From: Labrys okinawensis | GTDB taxonomy: Bacteria; Pseudomonadota; Alphaproteobacteria; Rhizobiales; Labraceae | Assembly (NCBI RefSeq): GCF_002982075.1 | Contig: NZ_PUEJ01000012.1 | Location: forward strand, 150,563-174,562 | Length of the DNA: 24,000 bases | Direction: 5' to 3' | Shown: piece by piece, positions 8,987 to 16,397 of the stretch | Layout: each line of letters opens with the position of its first letter | How positions within the stretch are numbered: position 1 is the first letter of the stretch | Notes under the pieces: generated by a model | Databases searched by the model: none | Seen by the model: the letters and a program-made list of their open reading frames with translations, nothing else | Told to the model about the DNA's origin: nothing | Program-made: the position numbers and the translations under genes

Positions 8987-9099
8987 TGTGTTAAATTGGG
9001 TAAATTCCACAACAATTACGTGTTATATGTGGACTATCCCGACCGAACCCGCCGATCGAGCGACTGTGGAAGTCGGGCAGCATTTTGCAGGGAAGTCCC

Positions 9100-9124
9100 A
9101 AAAAGAAACGGGCCCGCAGGCCCG
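9100..9124 (-). terminator. Rho-independent terminator of the distal binding-protein gene
   Basis: The minus strand reads cgggcc-tgcg-ggcccg followed by tttcttttt, about 25 nt after the stop at 9148. Confidence 0.75.
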
Positions 9125-9147
9125 CTTCGCTTCGTCGGTTGGCCGCA

Positions 9148-10197
9148 TCATTGCGGCTTATAGATCTGGTCGAACACGCCGCCATCGCCGAAATGCTTGG
9201 GCTGGGCGGTCTTCCAGCCGCCGAAGCGGGCATCGTCGATCGTCACCAGCTTGAGCTTGGGAAAGCGGGCGAGGTCGGCCGGATCGGCGGCCTTTTCGTC
9301 GATCGGCCGATAGAAGTTGTGGGCGATGATCTTCTGGGCGGCCGGCGTGTAGAGGAAGTTGAGATAGGCTTCGGCCTGCTTGCGCGTGCCTTTGGCATCC
9401 ACATTGGCGTCGACGATCGCGACCGGCGGCTCGGCCAGGATGGAGGAGGAGGGCGAGACGATCTCGTATTTGTCGGCGCCGAACTCCTGCAGCGTCAGGA
9501 AGGCCTCGTTCTCCCAGGCGATCAGCACGTCGCCGGTGTCGCGTTGGGCGAAGGTGACGGTAGAGCCGCGGGCGCCCGAGTCGAGCACGGGCACGTTGCG
9601 GTAGAGGGCGGCAATGAAATCGCGGGCCTTGGCCTCGTCGCCATTGTTCTTGTCGAAGGCATAGCTCCAGGCGGCTAGATAGTTCCAGCGCGCCCCGCCG
9701 CTGGTCTTAGGATTGGGAGTGATCACAGCGATGCCGGGTTTGACCAGATCGTCCCAGTCCTTGACCCCCTTGGGATTGCCCTTGCGCACCACGAAGACGA
9801 TGGTCGAGGTGTAGGGCGAGGAGTTGTGGGGCAGGCGCGACTGCCAATTGTCGGGGAGCTTCTTGGTCGCCTTGGCGATGGCGTCGATGTCGCCGGACAG
9901 AGCGAGGGTCACCACATCCGCCTCGAGGCCGTCGATCACAGAGCGTGCCTGCTTGCCTGAGCCGCCATGCGATTGCTTGATGGTGAGGTCTTCGCCGGCC
10001 TTGGCCTTCCAATCGGCGATGAAGGCTGTGTTGATCTCCTTGTAGAGCTCGCGCGTCGGATCATAGGAGACATTCAGCAGTTCGGCGGCGCGAGCCCCTG
10101 CGAGCGCGCCGAAAATCAGCCAGAGCACCAGGCCCAGGGCGAGGAGGACGCCGAGCGTATCTCTAAGGCGCGCAAGGCGAAGCGTTTTGATCGTCAT
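9148..10197 (-). CDS. sbp: Periplasmic sulfate/thiosulfate-binding protein, distal monocistronic paralog
   Basis: Roughly three-quarters identical by eye to the 7864-8913 product. I trimmed the start to ATG 10197 ([15 protein letters not shown]...), which aligns with the paralog's N-terminus and gives the same 349-aa length. The ORF-track TTG start at 10260 is the TTG of the predicted -35 box. Confidence 0.9.
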   Translation of the reverse strand: MTIKTLRLARLRDTLGVLLALGLVLWLIFGALAGARAAELLNVSYDPTRELYKEINTAFIADWKAKAGEDLTIKQSHGGSGKQARSVIDGLEADVVTLALSGDIDAIAKATKKLPDNWQSRLPHNSSPYTSTIVFVVRKGNPKGVKDWDDLVKPGIAVITPNPKTSGGARWNYLAAWSYAFDKNNGDEAKARDFIAALYRNVPVLDSGARGSTVTFAQRDTGDVLIAWENEAFLTLQEFGADKYEIVSPSSSILAEPPVAIVDANVDAKGTRKQAEAYLNFLYTPAAQKIIAHNFYRPIDEKAADPADLARFPKLKLVTIDDARFGGWKTAQPKHFGDGGVFDQIYKPQ

Positions 10198-10231
10198 GGG
10201 ATGGTTTCCGGTCGAGAGAGAAGCTGACCAA

Positions 10232-10260
10232 ATCTCCACTAAATCAATCAACCTTGTCAA
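10232..10260 (-). promoter_or_regulatory. Candidate sigma70-type promoter of the distal binding-protein gene
   Basis: On the minus strand: TTGACA (10260-10255), a 17-nt spacer and GGAGAT (10237-10232). The block 10235-10261 matches 8961-8987 at 24/27. Confidence 0.4.
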
Positions 10261-10558
10261 TCTATAAAATGCATGGACTAAAGGTATTATAGCTCAATCC
10301 ACATGTCGCTCCTGTGTGACATAAATGCGACAGTGGCGGGGAATGGCGGCGCGCCTCGCTTGAGCCCAGCCGGGGCCACCATTGTGCCGGAATTGATCAG
10401 CACTTGGTTAACCATAGTGGCAGTTTAGCTCTTGGGGTGGGGTGCGACCGCGGCGCGGCGGTCAAGAAATCGCCGCGGGCCGTGTTTGCGGAACGTTCGA
10501 TTAACCAGCTTTCGCTATGGCTGGTTTACCAATTCTGACGACCGGAGGAGTAACCGGA

Positions 10559-11089
10559 ATGATGACGTCCCTGCGCGCGGTCCCTGCACTGCGCTTTGCC
10601 GCTGCACTGACCTGCGTGCTCGCATTGGCGGCCTGTAAGAGTAAGTCGGGTGCCGGCGATGGCCTTGGCGGGCCCGGCGGCGCTGGTGGTGGCGGCTACG
10701 GCGCCGGCGGCGCTGCATCGCCCGGCAGCCAGCAGGACTTCGTCGTGAATGTCGGCGACCGCGTGCTGTTCCTTGTCGACCAGTCCGACATCACCCCCGA
10801 AGGGCAGCAGACGCTGAACAAGCAGGCCCAGTGGCTGAAGGCCTATCCGCGCTACTCCGTCACCATCGAAGGCCATGCCGACGAGCGCGGCACGCGCGAC
10901 TACAACTTCGCCCTCGGCCAGCGCCGCGCCCAGTCCGTGCGCGACTATCTGATGGCGCAGGGCATTTCGGGCAGCCGCATGCGCACCATCTCCTACGGCA
11001 AGGAGCGCCCGGTCGCGACCTGCAACGACATTTCCTGCTGGTCGCAGAATCGCCGCGCCGTCACCGTGCTGAACGGCGGCAATTCTTAA
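10559..11089 (+). CDS. pal: Peptidoglycan-associated lipoprotein Pal (OmpA-family)
   Basis: Lipobox VLALAAC after MMTSLRAVPALRF, a Gly-rich linker and an OmpA-like domain (TIEGHADERGTRDYNFALGQRRAQSV). I trimmed the start to ATG 10559, which has GGAGGAG 9 nt upstream. Confidence 0.92.
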   Translation: MMTSLRAVPALRFAAALTCVLALAACKSKSGAGDGLGGPGGAGGGGYGAGGAASPGSQQDFVVNVGDRVLFLVDQSDITPEGQQTLNKQAQWLKAYPRYSVTIEGHADERGTRDYNFALGQRRAQSVRDYLMAQGISGSRMRTISYGKERPVATCNDISCWSQNRRAVTVLNGGNS

Positions 11090-11094
11090 GCGGG

Positions 11095-11131
11095 GGCGGG
11101 TCTTCGGACCCGCCTGATCCTGTGTGTTTTT
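11095..11131 (+). terminator. Probable pal terminator
   Basis: ggcgggtc-ttcg-gacccgcc forms a perfect 8-bp stem just after the stop. The T-run (ttttt, 11127-11131) is about 12 nt downstream, so this is less than canonical. Confidence 0.5.
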
Positions 11132-11247
11132 GAGGCGGACGAGACGTCCGCGGTTCCAGCCGAAGCATTGGCCACACGAACCTTGCAAGGTTTGCAACGG
11201 CAACGCTCAGGTGGGGACCGCGGGCGTCCTGTCCGCCTCTTGTTTTT

Positions 11248-11316
11248 CTCTAACTCTCTGTTTCTCAGTGTTTTTTAATCGAAAAGTCCATCAACTTTTC
11301 TGTAAAACGCTTTAAA
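11248..11316 (+). repeat. Dispersed intergenic repeat, copy A (pal/ruvB convergent spacer)
   Basis: About 75% identical over ~63 nt to 20586-20649 in the same orientation, starting with an identical ctctaactct. Nested stems are gtgtttt/aaaacgc (11268-74 / 11304-10) and gaaaagt/acttttc (11281-87 / 11294-300). Confidence 0.75.
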
Positions 11317-11323
11317 AGCTGCG

Positions 11324-12397
11324 TCAGTCCTCGTCGCCGAACAGCGGCATCTGGGGCGCTGTCGAACTCGGCACTGCCAGACCGAGATGGCGATAGGCAT
11401 GCGGCGTCATCACCCGGCCGCGCGGCGTGCGCTGCAGGAAGCCCTGCTGAATCAGATAAGGCTCGATGATGTCCTCGATGGCGTCACGCGGTTCGGACAG
11501 CGCCGCGGCGATCGTCTCGATGCCCACCGGGCCGCCGCCGAAGCTCAGCGCCACCAGGTTCAGATAGCGGTTGTCCATGGCATCGAGCCCGGCCTGGTCG
11601 ACTTCCAGCGCGCTCAAGGCCTTGTCGGCGATGGTTCTGGTGATGGTTTCGGCGCCGAGCACCGCAGCGAAGTCGCGCACACGGCGCAGCAGGCGGCCGG
11701 CAATGCGAGGCGTGCCGCGGGCCCTGCGGGCGATTTCGTTGGCGCCGTCATCGGCGATCGGCGTGCCCATCACGCGGCCGCCGCGCTTCACGATCAGCTC
11801 AAGCTCCTCCACCGTGTAGAATTGCAGACGAATGGGAATGCCGAAGCGGTCGCGCAGCGGTGTGGTCAGCAGCCCGGCCCTGGTGGTGGCGCCCACCAGC
11901 GTGAACTTGGCGAGATCGATGCGCACCGATCGCGCCGCCGGTCCCTCGCCGATGATGAGGTCGAGCTGGAAATCCTCCATGGCGGGGTAGAGGATTTCCT
12001 CCACCGCCGGATTGAGGCGGTGGATCTCGTCGATGAAGAGGACATCGCGTTCTTCGAGATTGGTGAGCAGGGCGGCCAGATCGCCGGCCTTGGCAATCAC
12101 CGGCCCCGAGGTGGCGCGGAAATTGACCCCGAGCTCGCGCGAGACGATCTGGGCCAGCGTGGTCTTGCCGAGGCCCGGGGGGCCGACGAACAGCACATGG
12201 TCGAGGGCATCGCCACGCTTGCGGGCGGCCTCGATGAAGATGGACAGGTTCTCGCGCGCCTTGGCCTGGCCGACGAACTCGCCGAGGTCCTGCGGGCGCA
12301 GCTTGGAATCGGCCGCATCCTCGTCACGCGAATCGCCGCTCAGGAGGCGGGCGGATTTGGGTGCCTCGCCGCCGGCGCTCTTGCGCGTGGGCTTCAT
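11324..12397 (-). CDS. ruvB: Holliday junction branch-migration helicase RuvB
   Basis: 357-aa ORF with AAA+ Walker A (GPPGLGKTT) and typical RuvB blocks ([30 protein letters not shown]). Overlaps the ruvA stop by 4 nt. Confidence 0.96.
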   Translation of the reverse strand: MKPTRKSAGGEAPKSARLLSGDSRDEDAADSKLRPQDLGEFVGQAKARENLSIFIEAARKRGDALDHVLFVGPPGLGKTTLAQIVSRELGVNFRATSGPVIAKAGDLAALLTNLEERDVLFIDEIHRLNPAVEEILYPAMEDFQLDLIIGEGPAARSVRIDLAKFTLVGATTRAGLLTTPLRDRFGIPIRLQFYTVEELELIVKRGGRVMGTPIADDGANEIARRARGTPRIAGRLLRRVRDFAAVLGAETITRTIADKALSALEVDQAGLDAMDNRYLNLVALSFGGGPVGIETIAAALSEPRDAIEDIIEPYLIQQGFLQRTPRGRVMTPHAYRHLGLAVPSSTAPQMPLFGDED

Positions 12398-13011
12398 CGT
12401 GACAATTCCTTCAGGCCGAGGCGTATGAGCTTGGCCGTCTCGGCGCCTTCACCCGCTTCCCGCAAGGCGGCGGCGACGGCAGCCGAAGCCTGGGTCTGGG
12501 CGTAGCCGAGATTGACCAGGGCAGACACCGCATCGCTGACGGGGCCGGCGGCGCGCTGTTCGCCGAGATCGCTCTGCAGGCTGATGACGTCGGCGGGAAC
12601 ATGGCCGAAGCTCGGCACCTTGTCCTTGAGCTCGGAAACGATGCGCTGGGCAACCTTGGGGCCGACGCCGGGCGAGCGGGCCACGGCAGCCTTGTCCCCC
12701 AGCGCGATGGCGGAGGCGAGATCCGCCGGTTTGAGTGTAGAGAGGATGGCGAGCGCCACCCTGGTGCCGATGCCCTGCACCGTCTGCAGCAGGCGGAACC
12801 AATCCCGTTCATTGTCGCTGGTGAAGCCGAACAGGCGAATCTGGTCCTCGCGCACATAGGTTTCGATGGCGAGCACCGTCGCTTCGCCGACGGAGGGCAG
12901 GGCGCTGAGCGTGCGGGTGGAGCAATAGACGACATAGCCCACGCCCTGCACGTCGAGGATCACCCAATCCTCGCCATAGCTGTCAACGATCCCGCGCAGT
13001 TTACCGATCAT
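12394..13011 (-). CDS. ruvA: Holliday junction DNA-binding protein RuvA
   Basis: 205-aa ORF starting [10 protein letters not shown]..., with HhH regions ([29 protein letters not shown]). GAGAGGA lies upstream of the ATG. Confidence 0.95.
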   Translation of the reverse strand: MIGKLRGIVDSYGEDWVILDVQGVGYVVYCSTRTLSALPSVGEATVLAIETYVREDQIRLFGFTSDNERDWFRLLQTVQGIGTRVALAILSTLKPADLASAIALGDKAAVARSPGVGPKVAQRIVSELKDKVPSFGHVPADVISLQSDLGEQRAAGPVSDAVSALVNLGYAQTQASAAVAAALREAGEGAETAKLIRLGLKELSR

Positions 13012-13065
13012 GAAAATCCTCTCACGGCAGTTCTAATGCTTTGCCGTGATTCGGGGCATGGGCCT

Positions 13066-13154
13066 AATCCTGGGACCGCCGGCTTCCAGCCTGCTCTCGC
13101 TCCCGCCGGTGTCGCGGCTTCAAGAGCAGGCGGGAAGCCGGCGATCCCAGGATT
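13066..13154. repeat. Palindromic repeat family, copy 1 (32-bp arms, 25-nt loop)
   Basis: The arms 13066-13097 and 13123-13154 are reverse complements at 30/32. Homologous to the reverse complement of 14596-14681. It starts 2 nt after the upstream gene's stop. Confidence 0.85.
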
Positions 13155-13156
13155 TC

Positions 13157-13969
13157 TCACTTGCCGAAGAGAGCAGAAAGCTCGGCATAGGACATGGCAT
13201 CCTTGGCAAAGCCGAAGGTACCCTGGTCGCGCAGCTCGAGGGCGGCCCGCTTCAGGGCGCCGAAAGCCGCGCGGGCGAACGAGCCGCCGACACTGACGCG
13301 GCGCACGCCGAGCCTGGCGAGGTCGGCGACGGTGAAATCCTGCCCGCCCACCGTGAACAGCACGTTGAGCGGCCGGTCGATCGAGCTCAGCACGCTGGCA
13401 ATCTGGTCGAGGCGAGTCAGCGCCGGCGCATAGAGCACCTCCGCCCCTGCCTCCTGAAAGGCCTGGAGGCGGCGGATGGTATCGTCGAGGTCGGCGATGC
13501 CGTGGAGGAAATTCTCGGCGCGGGCGGTGAGCACGAAACCTCCGGCCCGCGCGGTTTCGGCCGCGGCGCGCACTCGGTCGACGGCATGGCCGAATTCGTA
13601 GATCGGCTGCTCGGGCCGGCCGGTTGCGTCCTCGATCGAGCCCCCGGCGAGCCCGACCTCGATGCCCGCGAGAATGGTGGCCCGGCAGTCTTCCGGCGCA
13701 TCGCCGAAGCCGTTTTCGAGATCGGCGCTCACCGGCAGGCCGGTCGCTTCCACGATGGCCCGGGCATTGGCGAGCGTTTCCTCGCGTGACATCTGGCCAT
13801 CCTTGCGCCCGAAGGTGAAGGCGAGGCCGGCGCTGGTGGTGGCAATGGCAGAAAAGCCAAGCGAATCCAGAAGCTTGGCGGACCCGGCATCCCAGGCGTT
13901 GGGAATGAGGAAAAGTTCGGGACGCTGGTGCAGTTCGGAGAACACGGCGGCGCGGCGAGCCTGGGTCAT
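13157..13969 (-). CDS. Isocitrate lyase / PEP mutase superfamily enzyme (2-methylisocitrate-lyase / oxaloacetate-decarboxylase-like); specific activity unknown
   Basis: 270-aa product (from ATG 13969, with GAGGA 5 nt upstream). Family-typical segments are LFLIPNAWDAGSAKLLDSLGFSAIATTSAG, SADLENGFG, GGSIEDA and LTARAENF. I regard the longer ORF-track start at 14026 as an extension. Confidence 0.8.
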   Translation of the reverse strand: MTQARRAAVFSELHQRPELFLIPNAWDAGSAKLLDSLGFSAIATTSAGLAFTFGRKDGQMSREETLANARAIVEATGLPVSADLENGFGDAPEDCRATILAGIEVGLAGGSIEDATGRPEQPIYEFGHAVDRVRAAAETARAGGFVLTARAENFLHGIADLDDTIRRLQAFQEAGAEVLYAPALTRLDQIASVLSSIDRPLNVLFTVGGQDFTVADLARLGVRRVSVGGSFARAAFGALKRAALELRDQGTFGFAKDAMSYAELSALFGK

Positions 13970-14071
13970 GGCGAATCCTCGAATAAATTCACGATTTGTT
14001 CTAGGGGCGGCAAACCGGGGTGGCAAGCGCTATTTACCTGGGAGCGCGTGCATCTGCGAGATGCCAGCGTC

Positions 14072-14590
14072 TCAGGAGGACCGCTTCAGGACCGCTGCCA
14101 GATTATGGCTGGTGCGGTGATGGGCATGGGTGATGGCGACGGCCAGGGCGTCGGCCGCGTCATCCGACTTCGGGTCGGCCTTGGGTAGCAGAACCTTGAT
14201 CATCAGGTGGATCTGCTGCTTGTCGGCATGGCCGGAGCCCACCACGGTCTTCTTGACCAGGTTCGGCGCATATTCATTGACGGCAAGGCCGGCCTGGGCT
14301 GGCACCAGCATGGCAATGCCGCGGGCCTGGCCGAGCTTCAGGGTTGCCGTGGCATCCTTGTTGACGAAGGTCTTTTCCACCGCCGCCTCGTCGGGCTCGA
14401 AACGGGTCACCACCTCCGTCAGGCCCTTGTGCAGTTCGAGCAGGCGGTGGGCGAGTTCCTCATTGTCGTCGGAAAACACCGTGCCGCAGGCGATGAAGGT
14501 CAATCGGTTGGCCAGTACTTCGATGACACCCCAGCCGGTGCGGCGCAGGCCCGGGTCGACGCCAAGGATACGGATGGGGGTCTGGGACAT
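14072..14590 (-). CDS. ruvC: Holliday junction resolvase RuvC
   Basis: 172 aa from ATG 14590 ([24 protein letters not shown]...), with C-terminal [13 protein letters not shown]. The 21-aa extension in the ORF track is a translation of the palindromic repeat. Confidence 0.94.
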   Translation of the reverse strand: MSQTPIRILGVDPGLRRTGWGVIEVLANRLTFIACGTVFSDDNEELAHRLLELHKGLTEVVTRFEPDEAAVEKTFVNKDATATLKLGQARGIAMLVPAQAGLAVNEYAPNLVKKTVVGSGHADKQQIHLMIKVLLPKADPKSDDAADALAVAITHAHHRTSHNLAAVLKRSS

Positions 14591-14595
14591 ATTTT

Positions 14596-14681
14596 CCTGG
14601 GATCGCCGGCTTTCAGCCGGCTCTTCCCTTTCCTGCGAACGGTCTGATTCCAAGAGCCGGCTGAAAGCCGGCGGTCCCCGG
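14596..14681. repeat. Palindromic repeat family, copy 2 (30-bp arms, 26-nt loop), inverted relative to copy 1
   Basis: The arms 14596-14625 and 14652-14681 are complementary at 28/30. The element fills essentially the whole yebC-stop to ruvC-start spacer. Its arm supplies the AGGAAA preceding the ruvC ATG. Confidence 0.85.
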
Positions 14682-14682
14682 A

Positions 14683-15429
14683 TTACTCAGCCAGCTTCGC
14701 CATCAGGGCGTCGGAGAGCTCGAAATTGGCATAGACGTGCTGCACATCGTCATGGTCGTCGAGATTGTCGACCAGGCGCATCAGCTTCTCGCCGGTCTCG
14801 TCGTCGACGGCCACCGTGTTCTGCGGACGCCAGACCAGGCCGGATTTGCGGGCCTCGCCAAGCTGGGTTTCCAGAGCCTTGGTTACTTCGGCGAGATTCT
14901 CGGCGGCGCAGATAAATTCATGGCCATCCTCGGAGGAAGCGCAGTCATCGGCTCCGGCTTCCAGGGCGGCTTCCAGCATGGCATCCGGGGAGCCCTTGTC
15001 GGCGTCATATTCTATCACGCCGACCCGGTCGAACATGAAGGACACAGCGCCGGTTTCGGCCAGATTGCCGCCGGCCTTGGTGAAATAGGAACGCACGTCC
15101 GAGGCGGTGCGATTGCGATTGTCGGTGAGGGCTTCGACGATCAGGGCCACGCCGCCGGGGCCATAGCCCTCATAGCGGATCTCGTCATAGTTCTCGCCGT
15201 CGGCGCCAGCAGCCTTCTTGATGGCCCTGTCGATATTGTCCTTGGGCATGTTCTCGGCGCGGGCGGCCAGCACGGCCGCGCGCAGGCGCGCATTCATGTT
15301 CGGATCGGGCAGGCCGAGCTTGGCCGCCACCGTAATTTCACGGGCGAGCTTGGAGAAGAGCTTGGAACGCTTGGCATCCTGCTTGCCCTTGCGGTGCATG
15401 ATGTTGGCGAACTGGGAATGACCGGCCAT
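14683..15429 (-). CDS. yebC: YebC/PmpR-family probable transcriptional regulator
   Basis: 248 aa from ATG 15429 ([28 protein letters not shown]...), the canonical YebC N-terminus. Conserved adjacency to ruvC. The longer start at 15585 is rejected. Confidence 0.93.
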   Translation of the reverse strand: MAGHSQFANIMHRKGKQDAKRSKLFSKLAREITVAAKLGLPDPNMNARLRAAVLAARAENMPKDNIDRAIKKAAGADGENYDEIRYEGYGPGGVALIVEALTDNRNRTASDVRSYFTKAGGNLAETGAVSFMFDRVGVIEYDADKGSPDAMLEAALEAGADDCASSEDGHEFICAAENLAEVTKALETQLGEARKSGLVWRPQNTVAVDDETGEKLMRLVDNLDDHDDVQHVYANFELSDALMAKLAE

Positions 15430-15572
15430 GTGTCCTGCCTTGTGTCGATCTGAGGCTCCGCGAAGCGAACCCAATGAATTGTGGCGCGGCTTATAGAAAA
15501 GGCGGCGGGAAAAATCCATACCGAGAGGCAAATCCCGGGATGCCAGGCGAGATGCCGCGGGTTCCCGGTGCG

Positions 15573-16397
15573 CTAGACTCCCCAAAAAGCCGGCTCGGCC
15601 CGCGACAGTTTCCCGCCGATTCTCACCGGCGCGATCCTCACGGCAAGGCCCGTGCTGTCGTCGGTCTCCACCGCCAGGCCCGACAGGGTCGCCTCGCCGG
15701 TCGCCGGCTCGAAGCGCAGCCCCGGTGTCTTCTGGATAAAGCGCCGCACCGGCTCTTCCTTGTCCATGCCGAGCACGCTGTCATAGTCGCCGCACATGCC
15801 AGCATCCGACATATAGGCGGTGCCGTGGCTGAGAATCTGGTGATCCGCCGTCGGCACATGGGTGTGGGTGCCGATCACCAGGCTGGCGCGCCCGTCGGCG
15901 AAATGGCCAAGCGCCTGCTTCTCGCTGGTGGCCTCGGCGTGCACGTCCACCACCACCGCGTCGGCGCCGAGACCGAGCGGGCAGGCGGCGAGCTCTCGTT
16001 CGAGCGCCGCAAAGGGATCGTCGAGCGCATCCATATAGACCCGGCCCATCACCTGGATCACCAGCAGCCGGGCTCCGTTCCTCAGGTCCACCAGTGTGGC
16101 GCCGCGCCCCGGCGTGCCCTTGGGATAATTGGCGGGACGGATCAGTCGCGGCGCCCGCTCGATGAAGACGAGGGCCTCGCGCTGGTCGAAGGAGTGATTG
16201 CCGAGCGTTACCACATCGGCACCGGCGGCGACGACCTCGTCGAAGATCGCCTCCGTCAAGCCGAAGCCGCCGGCGGCGTTCTCGCCATTGATGATGACGG
16301 CATCGAGGTTCCAGGCTTCGCGCAGGCCCGGCAGGCGTTCGATCACTGCATTGCGGCCGGTGCGGCCGACGATGTCGCCGAGGAAAAGCAAGCGCAT
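15573..16397 (-). CDS. ymdB: YmdB-like metallophosphoesterase (TIGR00282-type 2',3'-cyclic-nucleotide phosphodiesterase family)
   Basis: 274-aa ORF starting [15 protein letters not shown], followed by [17 protein letters not shown] and [10 protein letters not shown] metal-ligand motifs. Confidence 0.88.
   Translation of the reverse strand: MRLLFLGDIVGRTGRNAVIERLPGLREAWNLDAVIINGENAAGGFGLTEAIFDEVVAAGADVVTLGNHSFDQREALVFIERAPRLIRPANYPKGTPGRGATLVDLRNGARLLVIQVMGRVYMDALDDPFAALERELAACPLGLGADAVVVDVHAEATSEKQALGHFADGRASLVIGTHTHVPTADHQILSHGTAYMSDAGMCGDYDSVLGMDKEEPVRRFIQKTPGLRFEPATGEATLSGLAVETDDSTGLAVRIAPVRIGGKLSRAEPAFWGV

Noticed and set aside
11124-11315. 63-aa plus-strand ORF in the pal/ruvB spacer, together with the ORFs at 8988-9254 and 8991-9233 in the sbp/cysP spacer and at 10432-10638 upstream of pal
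   Set aside because: They have no SD and span terminators, promoters or the dispersed repeat. Their composition is odd (Cys/Phe/Arg-rich) with low third-position GC in the AT-rich parts. I interpret these regions as regulatory or repeat DNA.
14591-14653. N-terminal extensions offered by the ORF track: ruvC to 14653, yebC to 15585, sbp to 10260, zapA to 18111, PEPM-family gene to 14026, pal from 10517, pgk from 22216
   Set aside because: In each case a downstream start gives the canonical family N-terminus and a better SD. The extensions translate repeats, promoter DNA or the upstream gene's 3' end.
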